Shown here one piece after another: positions 30,752-39,859 of a stretch of DNA of 64,000 bases. Source of the stretch: an uncultured cyanobacterium (lineage in GTDB: Bacteria; Cyanobacteriota; Cyanobacteriia; PCC-6307; Cyanobiaceae); NCBI GenBank assembly GCA_963765575.1, contig CAVXWZ010000004.1, forward strand, positions 1 through 64,000, written 5' to 3'. The notes below the pieces were generated by a model. The model was not told where the DNA came from and ran no database searches. It saw only the letters and a list, made by a program, of their open reading frames with translations. The translations under genes were made by a program, and so were the position numbers. Each line of letters begins with the position of its first letter. The stretch's first letter is position 1.

Positions 30752-31069
30752 ATGGTCGGCAACTCCCTGCTGGCTGCCATGGCCTGTCCCCACTGCGGCA
30801 GCTGGTCGGTGAAGGCCGACCGCAGCCTGGCCGGCCGACTGGTGTGTGGTCGCTGCGGCAAGCCCCTGGGTCCGGGCGCATCACGCCGTGCCCGTCCTGC
30901 CCGGCCCTCCGGCCGCCCCAACCTGAGCCTGCCGCGGGGCCCCTGGCCGTGGCTGGCCGCGCTGCTGGCGGTGTCGGCCTTGCTGGCCTGGCTGGCGGAC
31001 TCCAACCCCCAGCGGCCTCGCCGTTCGCCCGGGGCTGGCTCCGCGCCGATGTCCCAGCCGTGGCGATGA
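30752..31069 (+). CDS. Hypothetical zinc-ribbon membrane protein
   Basis: CPHCG...CGRCG followed by a hydrophobic helix. Confidence 0.6.
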   Translation: MVGNSLLAAMACPHCGSWSVKADRSLAGRLVCGRCGKPLGPGASRRARPARPSGRPNLSLPRGPWPWLAALLAVSALLAWLADSNPQRPRRSPGAGSAPMSQPWR

Positions 31070-31122
31070 GCGATCCCCGTGGCTCCGCCTGGCCATTGGC
31101 CTCCCTCCGTTGTTGTATTCCC

Positions 31123-31695
31123 ATGAATCGTTCCGCCAAGGTCGCCCCCATGCCCGCACCCCTTCCTGCCGCCAAGACCCAGGCTGGGGACCTTCGGCTC
31201 TGTGTTCCGCTCAGGGCCCCGCTCAGCCCGCGTCGTCTGCGCTCCCTGGTGCTGGCCGGGCCCCTGGCCCTGGCGTTGCTGCTGCTGCTGATCAGGCCGG
31301 CCGTCGCCCAGGCTGCTCTGCTGCACCTGGTGGGCCCCGTACCGGCGGAGATCGGCGGCACTGAAGGCCGGCTGGCGGCCTGCCCCACCAGCGCCCACTG
31401 CGCGCGGGCCGACTGGCCCAGCGCCGATCCCGCCGCTGCCCTGGATGAGCTGGAAGGCCTGCTCGCCGACGATCCCGCCATTGCCGTGGAGGAGCGCCGG
31501 GGGCCGTACCTGCACGCCACCGCCACCAGCAGGATCTTCGGGTTCGTGGACGACCTGGAACTGCTGGCCGACCCGGCACAGGGCCTGCTGCAGGCCCGCT
31601 CGGTGTCGCGGCTGGGTGATTCCGACCTGGGCGTCAACGCCCGCCGGCTGGAGCGGCTGCGCGTCGAGCTCGGCGCGGACCAGCCCGGGGGCTGA
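31123..31695 (+). CDS. DUF1499 family protein (start approximate)
   Basis: LAACPTSAHC, YLHATATSRIFGFVDDLE, RSVSRLGDSDLGVNARRLE. Confidence 0.88.
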   Translation: MNRSAKVAPMPAPLPAAKTQAGDLRLCVPLRAPLSPRRLRSLVLAGPLALALLLLLIRPAVAQAALLHLVGPVPAEIGGTEGRLAACPTSAHCARADWPSADPAAALDELEGLLADDPAIAVEERRGPYLHATATSRIFGFVDDLELLADPAQGLLQARSVSRLGDSDLGVNARRLERLRVELGADQPGG

Positions 31696-31700
31696 CCGGC

Positions 31701-32771
31701 ATGCCCCCGCCTTCGCCGTCCTGTCGCCCCTTGCTAGTGGGGTACTACGGCGAGCACAACCTCGGCGATGACGCCCTGCTGCAGGTGCTTCTCTCCCAGC
31801 TGCCCGCGCACTGCACCCCCACCGTCACCGCCCGGGATCTGGCCGAGGTGCGTCAGCGGTTCGGGGTGGCCACGGTGGATCGACGCCGGTTCGACAGGGT
31901 GCTGGCGGCCCTGGGGCCCTGCGACGCCCTGGTGTTCGGCGGCGGCAGCCTGCTGCAGGACACCACGAGCTTCGCCAGCCTGATTTATTACGCGGCTCTG
32001 ATCAGCGCCGCTCGCCTGCGCGGGCTGCCGGTGCTGCTCTGGGCCCAGGGACTGGGCCCCCTGCGGCGGCGCCGCAGCCGGCTGCTGGTGGGTGCGCTGC
32101 TGCGACTGGTGAGTGGCTGCAGCTGGCGGGATGCCGAGTCGGCGGCCCTGGCCCGCACGCTCGGTTGGCAGCCCACGTCCGGCTCCGGGGTGGGCAGCGA
32201 TCCCGTCTGGAGTTTGGACCCATCACCCTGGATCGGTCGGGCCGGGCCGATCGTGCTTTGCTTCCGCCCCACGCCCCAGCTGCGGGGCAACGCCTGGCGA
32301 CCCTGGCTGAAGGCGCTAGAGCAGCTGGCACCGGAACGGGAGCTGCTCTGGCTGCCCTTCCACCGCCACCAGGACAGGGGTCTGCTGGCCCAACTGCGCC
32401 GCGAGGGCCTGCTCAGCGATGCCATGGCGGCCCGCAGCCGGGAATTGGCGCCCGAGACCCCCGAGGAGGCCATGGCGGTGTGCGCCGGCAGCGGCCTGGT
32501 GCTGGCGATGCGCTTGCACGGCCTGATCCTGGCGGCGGTGAGCGGTGCTCCGGTTGCCGCCCTCAGCTACGACCCCAAGGTGGCCGCCGCTGCCGCCGCC
32601 CTGGGCTGCCCCCTGGCGGATCTGGGCCTGCCTCCTGCTCCAGCAGAACTGCTGAACGAGTGGCGGGGCAATCTCGACCGGCCGCCCGATGCCCGCCGGC
32701 TTGAGGAGCTGCGGAAGGCCACCGTTGTGCACCGCCTCTTATTGAAAGGGGTGTTCGGGGGGGAAGCATGA
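31701..32771 (+). CDS. csaB: Polysaccharide pyruvyl transferase CsaB
   Basis: GYYGEHNLGDD, GGGSLLQD, AQGLGPL, MRLHGLI, LSYDPKV. Confidence 0.92.
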   Translation: MPPPSPSCRPLLVGYYGEHNLGDDALLQVLLSQLPAHCTPTVTARDLAEVRQRFGVATVDRRRFDRVLAALGPCDALVFGGGSLLQDTTSFASLIYYAALISAARLRGLPVLLWAQGLGPLRRRRSRLLVGALLRLVSGCSWRDAESAALARTLGWQPTSGSGVGSDPVWSLDPSPWIGRAGPIVLCFRPTPQLRGNAWRPWLKALEQLAPERELLWLPFHRHQDRGLLAQLRREGLLSDAMAARSRELAPETPEEAMAVCAGSGLVLAMRLHGLILAAVSGAPVAALSYDPKVAAAAAALGCPLADLGLPPAPAELLNEWRGNLDRPPDARRLEELRKATVVHRLLLKGVFGGEA

Positions 32772-32875
32772 TGCCGTTCAGTTTGCCGGACCCAGACGTC
32801 CTCTCTCCTCATCCTTCGCGCTGGCCGCGCTTCGCGTTGCTGAGGTCCACCATCACCATCCTTGCCAGGTCGTCC

Positions 32876-33235
32876 ATGTCCCCCCTGATTCGCTCTCGAC
32901 ACCTGATCCCGGCCGTTCTGCTGGCGGCAGGACTGGCCACCTCAGCCCATGCTCAGCCCCAGGTGCAGGGCAGCCCGCTGCGGTCGCTGCTCGACAATGG
33001 CGCCGGCCGGCTGCTGTGGAGCTACGACGGCATCCGTCACGTGGAACTGCCCCTCGCTGACGGCAAGGCGGTGATCGGCCTGAGCTGCGAGCGCCAGACC
33101 TGGACCCTGTTCACCATCGAGCGCGATGGCCGGGAGGTCTACAGCTTCAGAAACGACCCGGACTGGGGCTACCAGCCCGCGGGCCCGATCGCTTCATCTC
33201 CCCTGTGCACGGACCCCGTGCCGGTGGCCGAGTGA
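32876..33235 (+). CDS. Hypothetical secreted protein
   Basis: Signal peptide ending SAHA; two Cys. Confidence 0.65.
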   Translation: MSPLIRSRHLIPAVLLAAGLATSAHAQPQVQGSPLRSLLDNGAGRLLWSYDGIRHVELPLADGKAVIGLSCERQTWTLFTIERDGREVYSFRNDPDWGYQPAGPIASSPLCTDPVPVAE

Positions 33236-33265
33236 GGGTCGGCCACCGCCTGCAGCAAGGCCTTT

Positions 33266-34240
33266 TCAGTCAGCTGGTGCCAGCGGGATGGCGTCGTTGA
33301 AGGTGGGATTTCCCGAGAGCACGGCCGTGCCGTCCGGCATGCCCTCGGCGGCGCTGATCCGCTCCCTCTCCACGTAGCGCTCGCCGTCGAAGACGTGGCG
33401 CACATAGGTGGCCGGTGCTCCGCCGCCGGACTGCAGCCGCCAGAGGTCTTGCCAGCCGTTGTTGCGGCTTTCCGAGATCACGATCGGCACCCGGCTGGTC
33501 GGGAAGTCGTTCACCAGCACGTAACCCTTCGCGGTGGATCGATACACCTGCAGATTGCAGCCGCCGGTGCCGCAGAAGAATGAGCCCATCAGATACACCA
33601 GCACCTCCTGGGACCCGTCGTCATCGAGATCGATGGCGGCGTGCACGTAGCGGGCCCAGCGCTCCTCGTCGCCGCCCACCATGTCCTGCCGGTAGTCAGG
33701 CACGGCCTGGCGGATCGCCGCCTCGAGACCGGCATCGGCCTCGCTGCTGAAACGCACTTCGGCAGCGGGCAGCGGCTCGAAGAGCAGGATGCCGCCATCG
33801 GCCAGCAGACTCAGACTGAGCTGGCCTCCCTGCAGTCTGTAGCCGCGCACGGCGGGCAGCTGGGCGCTCAGGGTCTCCCCCAGGCTGGGCGGTGGGCACA
33901 GGGCGCTGGTGGTGGCCAGGGGCCCGAAGCGAAAGCCGCCGTTGGTGGGATCGCTGCTGGGCTCCACGGTCCAGGATCCGGACGCACGGTTGCAGTCCAG
34001 CTGGAGGACCGCACGGCCGTCGGCCTGAAGGCGCAGGGTGTAGCGGGAGGGATCAGGGGGTCTTCGGATGCCCTGGCCTTCATCCATCGAGCGAATGTCG
34101 ACCAGCCGCCAGGCCGTGTCTCGAAGCGGTGAGGATCTCGTCTGCTCCCTGGCCTGGAGGCCGGACAGAGGGGGCAGCGCCGTCAGGGCCGCTGAGAGGA
34201 ACAGCGCGGCGCTGCCGATGACCTGACAGGGCTGTTTCAT
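33266..34240 (-). CDS. Secreted META (HslJ-like) domain protein with a C-terminal DLDDDG...CGTGGC domain
   Basis: LRDTAWRLV...LDCNRASG...FGPLATTSALCPP...LSLSL; DLDDDGSQEVLVYL...FCGTGGCNL. Confidence 0.82.
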   Translation of the reverse strand: MKQPCQVIGSAALFLSAALTALPPLSGLQAREQTRSSPLRDTAWRLVDIRSMDEGQGIRRPPDPSRYTLRLQADGRAVLQLDCNRASGSWTVEPSSDPTNGGFRFGPLATTSALCPPPSLGETLSAQLPAVRGYRLQGGQLSLSLLADGGILLFEPLPAAEVRFSSEADAGLEAAIRQAVPDYRQDMVGGDEERWARYVHAAIDLDDDGSQEVLVYLMGSFFCGTGGCNLQVYRSTAKGYVLVNDFPTSRVPIVISESRNNGWQDLWRLQSGGGAPATYVRHVFDGERYVERERISAAEGMPDGTAVLSGNPTFNDAIPLAPAD

Positions 34241-34405
34241 CGGTTCTGCGTCTGGGGAGGCTGCTGCGGTCTGTGTCCGGGGAAACCCGATAAGGCCATC
34301 CTGGCCTTGACCAGGTCCAGCCCGGACCGTACCCTTTCTGGGCTGAAGTGGATTGCTATTCCCGTAGCACCATTCGCCATTCGTCACTTCAACATTTCAC
34401 AATTC

Positions 34406-35143
34406 GTGCATTTCTCACTCCGATCACTCAGCTCCCTTGCCGGTTGCGGCCTGTTTCTGGTCAGCGCCGGTGCTGCCCTCCCCTCAGCTGCCGTGGCCGA
34501 TGTGCTCGTGCGCGCTCAGGGCCGCTGCAAGCTGGTGAGCGGTGGCTATGAGGCGTTCAATGGTCACTGCACCTTCAAGCACAAGGAGGCGGGCAGCGGC
34601 AACGAGGCCTATGTGGTGAAGCTCGACGACGGCACCGACTTCGTGTTCCGTGGCCCCAATGCCGACGCCCTTTCGGTGCAGACCTACCGCGGCATCGTCA
34701 ATGTCAGGCACAAGGCCGAGGCGAACCATGAAGTGTTCGCCTGGGACGACGGCGAGAAGCGACGCCTTTCGGTGCGCATGGATCAGCTCCAGAACTCCAA
34801 CGCCAAGTTCGACGACGACAACAACACCGCCGCCATTCTGGGCGGAGCCGCCGGAGCGGCCCTGATCGGCGCCATCCTCGCCGGGACCACCCAGGGGAAT
34901 GTCTCCGAACCCACCGGCATAGGGGATCCAGTGGGGGAACTGCAGAGCCTGGTGGGAGCCAAAGGTGGCATGGCCGAACAACAGATCGTGGCTAAGGGCT
35001 ATGTCTATCGCGGTGGAAGCACCGGTATCTCCAGCAAGTTCAGCTTCTGGAAGCAGCCCCGCACCAGCAACTGCGTGGGTGTGCAGACCACCGAGGGTCG
35101 GTACCAGAAAATCGTCTATGCCGACAAGAGCAACTGCAACTGA
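34406..35143 (+). CDS. Hypothetical secreted modular protein with a glycine-zipper segment (start approximate)
   Basis: Signal peptide, Cys pairs, GGAAGAALIGAILAG, C-terminal LVGAKG...KGY...FW...CV...GRY domain. Confidence 0.75.
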   Translation: MHFSLRSLSSLAGCGLFLVSAGAALPSAAVADVLVRAQGRCKLVSGGYEAFNGHCTFKHKEAGSGNEAYVVKLDDGTDFVFRGPNADALSVQTYRGIVNVRHKAEANHEVFAWDDGEKRRLSVRMDQLQNSNAKFDDDNNTAAILGGAAGAALIGAILAGTTQGNVSEPTGIGDPVGELQSLVGAKGGMAEQQIVAKGYVYRGGSTGISSKFSFWKQPRTSNCVGVQTTEGRYQKIVYADKSNCN

Positions 35144-35200
35144 TCTGGCCGCTGCGCAGTAGCGCCAGCACGCAGCGGGGCACAGCCCGCAGCGTTCCAG

Positions 35201-35252
35201 AAATCAGCCAATGAACATCATCGTAAGTACGTTGATATTCATTGGCTGATTT
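35201..35252. repeat. 52-bp AT-rich near-perfect palindrome
   Basis: Arms AAATCAGCCAATGAACATCATCGTA and TACGTTGATATTCATTGGCTGATTT: 25 bp each, 2 mismatches, 2-nt spacer. Confidence 0.9.
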
Positions 35253-35325
35253 TCCTGACTTAATCCCATCCCACTCCTGTGCTCTTGATCTGAACACGGT
35301 CCAGCGGGGTCGAGGGGCGTCTCGT

Positions 35326-35598
35326 TCAACGGCTTAAGCGTCTCAGCAAGGCCAGCAGAACCCAGACCGCCAGCCCGGCCAGCACAGGACCGATCAGCAG
35401 CAGGTCCACCCGGATGTTGGCCGCAGGGGTCAGGGCCTGCACCAGGCCTTCCCAGCAGGCAAAACCAAGCCAGCCGATCGAGTTCGCCACCAGTGCACGG
35501 CGAATGGGTGGGAGCGCAGCCGCTGCCAGGGCCCATAACCCTGCCACGAAGAAGATCAACAGGGGGCGTCCGATCAGGGCTGCCAAAGCTGCTGTCAT
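35326..35598 (-). CDS. Small membrane protein, NIRVDLL family (copy 1)
   Basis: Three hydrophobic segments; WEGLVQALTPAANIRVDLLLIGP. Confidence 0.75.
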   Translation of the reverse strand: MTAALAALIGRPLLIFFVAGLWALAAAALPPIRRALVANSIGWLGFACWEGLVQALTPAANIRVDLLLIGPVLAGLAVWVLLALLRRLSR

Positions 35599-35911
35599 GG
35601 CCTGGATCACGGTTGTTGGTGACGTTTGATCCCACTGGCACGACAAGCCCCACCGAGTGGGATTGATCGAAAGCGGCTCAAACAATCAATGTATCGGATA
35701 GGCAGAGCCCTGAATGCCGGCAGAACCTTGGGTTGGCGGTTGTCGATCTCCCTGCTCTCAGTCTCACCGCTGCCGGTTTCACCGCACCGGTTTCACCGAG
35801 GAACGCCAGTGTGGGCCATCTGACTGCTGACGGAAGCTTCGCGATGTTAAGAGCGGCAGACAGGCCCTGCTCGGCTGAATAGTTTGATGGTCATCCACCC
35901 CGTCGCGCCAG

Positions 35912-36118
35912 ATGACAGTAGGTGACATTTTCCGCATCATCCTTGCGTTCATCCTGCCTCCTTTGGCAGTTGCCACGCAGGTGGGATTCAGCGGTGCCTT
36001 CTGGCTTAATCTTCTGCTCTGGCTGTTGAGCTTCGGTGCGTTGGGTCTGCCGTTGATGGGGATCATGTGGCCGGTGGCGATCATTCACGCCATCTACATC
36101 ATCATCACCCGCAAATAG
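35912..36118 (+). CDS. YqaE/Pmp3 (UPF0057) family membrane protein
   Basis: DIFRIILAFILPPLAV...FWLNLLL...IIHAIYII. Confidence 0.88.
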   Translation: MTVGDIFRIILAFILPPLAVATQVGFSGAFWLNLLLWLLSFGALGLPLMGIMWPVAIIHAIYIIITRK

Positions 36119-36167
36119 TCTTCTGCTCCACCCTCCAGCCGGCGCGTCCAGCATTCCTCCTTTCACC

Positions 36168-36422
36168 ATGACCCAGACTCCAGATCAGAATCCCCAGCGC
36201 CCTGAGCAGCCGATCATCGTTCAGCAGGGTGGGAATGGCACGGGCATCGCTCTTGTGATTGCCGCTCTGATCCTTGCCGGTGGCGCCATCTGGGCCGTCA
36301 GCATCTGGTCCGACACCCAGCTCAAGATGATCCAGGCTCCCGCTGAAGCCATCAAGAAGGGAGCTGAAACCATCAAGGAAGGGGTGGAGGGGGCCGCGAA
36401 GGCCATCAAACCTGGCTCCTGA
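36168..36422 (+). CDS. Small single-TM hypothetical protein
   Basis: One TM helix plus an amphipathic Lys/Ala/Glu C-terminus; polypyrimidine leader before the ATG. Confidence 0.65.
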   Translation: MTQTPDQNPQRPEQPIIVQQGGNGTGIALVIAALILAGGAIWAVSIWSDTQLKMIQAPAEAIKKGAETIKEGVEGAAKAIKPGS

Positions 36423-36443
36423 CAAACACCATCACCACCATCC

Positions 36444-37379
36444 ATGGCACGACCATTGAGGCGATCAGTTCTGCCGACGGCCACAGGTCGGTGGCTTTTT
36501 CTGATGCTCGGGCTTTCCATCGCCGCCTGTCTTCCCAGTGCTCGCGCAGCCGGGGACATCGCAGCTCCGACAGGCCCGCTGCTGGCCCAGGCGGCCCCCA
36601 GTGCAGCCACCGGACGTCCCTACGACAGCTACATGCGTCTGGGCTACGCCGCCTCCAAGCGTGGTGACCACCTGGCTGCCGTCACCTATTTCCGGGATGC
36701 CCTCTTCTACGTGCCGAGTGATCGGGAGGCCACCATCGCCTACTGGAACGAACGGCGCGCACTTCACGACCAGCAGGCCCCTGCAGACCGTACTCCGCGC
36801 GAGAGTGCCTACGACCGCTTCATGCGCCTCGGCTACGACGAAACCCATTCCCGTGATTACCAGTCAGCACTGATCAATTTCCGCCGGGCCCTGGTCGAGC
36901 GTCCGGGGGACTATTACGCCAGCCAGGCCGTGCGCAACGTGAAGGCCTACATCGCCGGTGAGAAGGGCCAGTCCCTTCCCACGATTGAGGCAGCCAACCT
37001 GAGCGTGGCATCCGGGCACTACAGCGGCGAATCCTCCTACGATCGTTATATGCGCCTCGGCTACGCTGCCGCCAAGGAACGCAATTTCACCCAGGCTGCC
37101 GATTATTTCCGCAGTGCTCTCTACGAGCGGCCGAATGACCGCATGGCCACGATTGCCTACTGGAACCAGAAGCATGCGTTGAACAGCAGCTCCACCGGCA
37201 GGCCCGCCCGCGTGGACACCGCCACGTACGAGCGGCTCATGCGGCTCGGCTATGACGCCACCCAGCGCCGCCACTTCAGTCAGGCCCTCGCTCACTTCCA
37301 GGCGGCACTGCGCGTGAAGCCCGGCGATCCCTACGCCACCCAGGCCGTGCGCAACGTCAGCAGCTACCTGCAGCGCTGA
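36444..37379 (+). CDS. Secreted TPR-like repeat protein
   Basis: Four Y(D/E)xxMRLGY repeats with A..F..AL..P.D pattern; signal-peptide-like N-terminus. Confidence 0.85.
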   Translation: MARPLRRSVLPTATGRWLFLMLGLSIAACLPSARAAGDIAAPTGPLLAQAAPSAATGRPYDSYMRLGYAASKRGDHLAAVTYFRDALFYVPSDREATIAYWNERRALHDQQAPADRTPRESAYDRFMRLGYDETHSRDYQSALINFRRALVERPGDYYASQAVRNVKAYIAGEKGQSLPTIEAANLSVASGHYSGESSYDRYMRLGYAAAKERNFTQAADYFRSALYERPNDRMATIAYWNQKHALNSSSTGRPARVDTATYERLMRLGYDATQRRHFSQALAHFQAALRVKPGDPYATQAVRNVSSYLQR

Positions 37380-37395
37380 CCGGCCCCGCGTGGGA

Positions 37396-38145
37396 TCAGC
37401 CGCCGAACACCACAGCCTCCGGCAGTTCGTAGCGCTCGTTGCCCACCCGGACGGTGTACAGGTCCCCCTCCTTGCTGGCGGAGAAGGAACCGCTGCCATC
37501 GGCCTCGCTGGTGTCGGCGCCGATGGCCCGGCCCATGCGGAAGTACAACGCCCGCTTGCCCCCATCAGCCCGCGTCAGCACGACGGTGGCGTACCCGCCA
37601 CCGGCCCGTGCCACCCCGAACGGGCAATTTCCCAACGGCTGCCCTGGAGCGCTGGCACAGGAGATGGACCCGCTGGCATCGAAATCACCCTGCCCGGCAC
37701 GCAGGGCGGAATCGTCGCTTCCCTTCTCCACAGCCCCATGGGGAGCCACGGCGGGCTGCAGCAGTTCGGCGGCCACGAATCCCCGGGGCCCGCCGCCCAG
37801 GGGTTGCACATCGCACCAGGTGCGGCCTTCCGCCAGGCGGCAGCCGAGGTTGTCGAGCACCTTCCCGGCGCTGAAGGTGGTCAGCACAGAGGAGGACACC
37901 GACGCTGTCTCGCGCAGGTTCACGCCATCGCTGCGCACGGTCCAGTTGCGAGGCCCCCCCTCCTCCGGGCTCGCCGCAGGTTTGGATGCAGAGCCTTCGG
38001 GGAGTTCCCGGGATGGCTCCGCTGGTTCTGCAGACGGCTCCTGCGCCGTATCCGTCCGACCGCAGGCAACCACCGTCAGTGCGAGGCCGAGGACAAGCCC
38101 TGTTGCGGCCGCACGGAGTTGGATCGGGGCTGTGGGAATCGGCAT
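37396..38145 (-). CDS. Bacterial SH3-domain lipoprotein (copy 1)
   Basis: Lipobox VVAC; GVNLRE.AS...LDNLGC...WCDV...RGFVAAELL; C-terminal FDASG..C...CPFGV...ERYELPEAVVFGG. Confidence 0.85.
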   Translation of the reverse strand: MPIPTAPIQLRAAATGLVLGLALTVVACGRTDTAQEPSAEPAEPSRELPEGSASKPAASPEEGGPRNWTVRSDGVNLRETASVSSSVLTTFSAGKVLDNLGCRLAEGRTWCDVQPLGGGPRGFVAAELLQPAVAPHGAVEKGSDDSALRAGQGDFDASGSISCASAPGQPLGNCPFGVARAGGGYATVVLTRADGGKRALYFRMGRAIGADTSEADGSGSFSASKEGDLYTVRVGNERYELPEAVVFGG

Positions 38146-38293
38146 GGTGCGCAGCTGGCTGTCCTCACCGTGGCAATGAAGCACCATCTCGGTGCTCCCG
38201 CCAGAACTCGCGCAATCAGGAGCATTCGGCACTGCTCGCCAAGGCCACGCTCGGCCATAGGGTGGTGGCGATTTGTCAGTGTGATTCCACGGA

Positions 38294-38941
38294 ATGCTGC
38301 GTCGGATCCTGCGGGAACTGGCGGAGTCCGCTCCGCTCGCATGGCTGGTCGGAGCCGGGATTGGAGCCGCCATGGTCAGCCTGATGAGCGGCACTCTGGG
38401 AGAGAGCAGCAACGAGAGTCTGGAGGCTCTGGTCCTGGGATCCCTGCAGGTGGTCACACCAGTGGGGGTGAGCCTGATCTGGATCTGCCGCTGCGCACCG
38501 CTGCGTCTGGCGGCGGCCGTGCGAAGCCGGCGGCGTGGGGCTCCCCAGAACGTCATGACATCCCGGCGGTGGCATGGGGTCGAGTTGGAGATTGCGGCCG
38601 CTGCCTGCAGCGGGATGCTGCTGGCGCCCTGGTTTGAGCTCGGGGTCCTGCTTGGCGGCATGCTCACCACCCCGCGGGCAGGCTTCGGTCTGGCCAGTGA
38701 GCTGCAGGAACTCATCCGCCTGATGACGGCCTCGGACCTTCTTCAGTGCGTCCTTCGGGCTGGGATGTTCACCGCTGCAGCACAGGGCGTCTGCCTCCGC
38801 AAGGCTGCACAGTTCAGGGACACCGACGACGCGCTGGCTCGGCTGCTGGCGGATGCCATCCCGCAGTGCCTCCTGGTGGTGATGGCACTGGAGGTGATCT
38901 GGCTGACCCTGCTGGTTCCTCTGCACGGCACCTACGCATGA
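38294..38941 (+). CDS. Divergent MlaE-like permease
   Basis: Multi-TM protein with MlaE-like C-terminal pattern (DLLQCVLRAGMF...VCLRKA); ATGA-coupled to the MCE gene. Confidence 0.55.
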   Translation: MLRRILRELAESAPLAWLVGAGIGAAMVSLMSGTLGESSNESLEALVLGSLQVVTPVGVSLIWICRCAPLRLAAAVRSRRRGAPQNVMTSRRWHGVELEIAAAACSGMLLAPWFELGVLLGGMLTTPRAGFGLASELQELIRLMTASDLLQCVLRAGMFTAAAQGVCLRKAAQFRDTDDALARLLADAIPQCLLVVMALEVIWLTLLVPLHGTYA

Positions 38942-39837
38942 CCTTCGGCGACAACGAGGGCCCGTTCTCCGAGCGCAGCGGCCTGCCGCCGCAGGTCACT
39001 CGCCTCGGATGGCTGTTCCTGGCTGGATCCCTGATCCTGAGCGGCTTGGTCGCCGGCAGCCTGGTCCAGGAGCGGGTGCGCTGGCGAAACAGCTCCGTGG
39101 TGGTGTTCCGAACCGGAAATGCCACGGGCATCTGGCCGGGGGTGAATGTGACCCTCTCCGGCTACCGCATCGGCAAGGTGGAAACGGTGGCCCTGGCCAG
39201 CGATGGGCAAGTGGACGTGACGCTGAGGATCGCCTCCCGTTATCGCCGTCTCGTCGGCCCGCAAAGCAGCGCCACGGCCATCCAGGAAGGGTTGATCGGC
39301 GATACCGTGATCGCCCTCAGCCCTGACATCACACCAGCTGGAACGGGGTTGCCGCCGCCTGAGCTGTCCGTGAGCTTTGAGCCGTCCAGCACTCCGGCTG
39401 AACTGCTGAACGACCTTGCGGAAACTCGCCTGCAGCTTGATCGCACCCTGCAGGCGGTCGCTGCGGTGGTGGAGAAGGACCTCCCATCGGTCGCAGGTCA
39501 GGTTGATGGCACGCTCCAGGACGTGCGTCGACTGGCTGGCACCCTGGAGCAGGAGTCGGGCTCGACTGCCGAAGCGACCCGGAACACCCTCAGGCTCTAC
39601 CAGCAGACCGGCAAGGAGGTGGGGACAGCCTCTGCCGAGGCCACCGAGGTGATGAAAAGCACCACGCCAGTGCTGGTGGAAACCCTGCAGCAGATTCGTG
39701 CCGCTTCCGCCACCACCAATCGACTGCTCAAGGCTCTGGCGGGCACCCTCCTGCTTGAGGTGCCCGAGCAGGAGCAGGAACAGGAGTCGAGCTCCCCCGA
39801 GCAAGACAACGCAGATGCGCAGGAACCCAGCCCGTAA
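38938..39837 (+). CDS. MlaD/MCE family protein
   Basis: N-terminal TM; ATGIWPGVNVTLSGYRIGKVETVAL...ATAIQEGLIGDTVIALSP; helical C-terminus. Confidence 0.88.
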   Translation: MTFGDNEGPFSERSGLPPQVTRLGWLFLAGSLILSGLVAGSLVQERVRWRNSSVVVFRTGNATGIWPGVNVTLSGYRIGKVETVALASDGQVDVTLRIASRYRRLVGPQSSATAIQEGLIGDTVIALSPDITPAGTGLPPPELSVSFEPSSTPAELLNDLAETRLQLDRTLQAVAAVVEKDLPSVAGQVDGTLQDVRRLAGTLEQESGSTAEATRNTLRLYQQTGKEVGTASAEATEVMKSTTPVLVETLQQIRAASATTNRLLKALAGTLLLEVPEQEQEQESSSPEQDNADAQEPSP

Positions 39838-39859
39838 CAGGAAAGGCTGGCGTGCAGGA

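Noticed and set aside
34354..34369. TGCTA-N6-TAGCA palindrome between divergent island genes
   Set aside because: Only 5-bp arms and not seen at other island promoters; could be chance.
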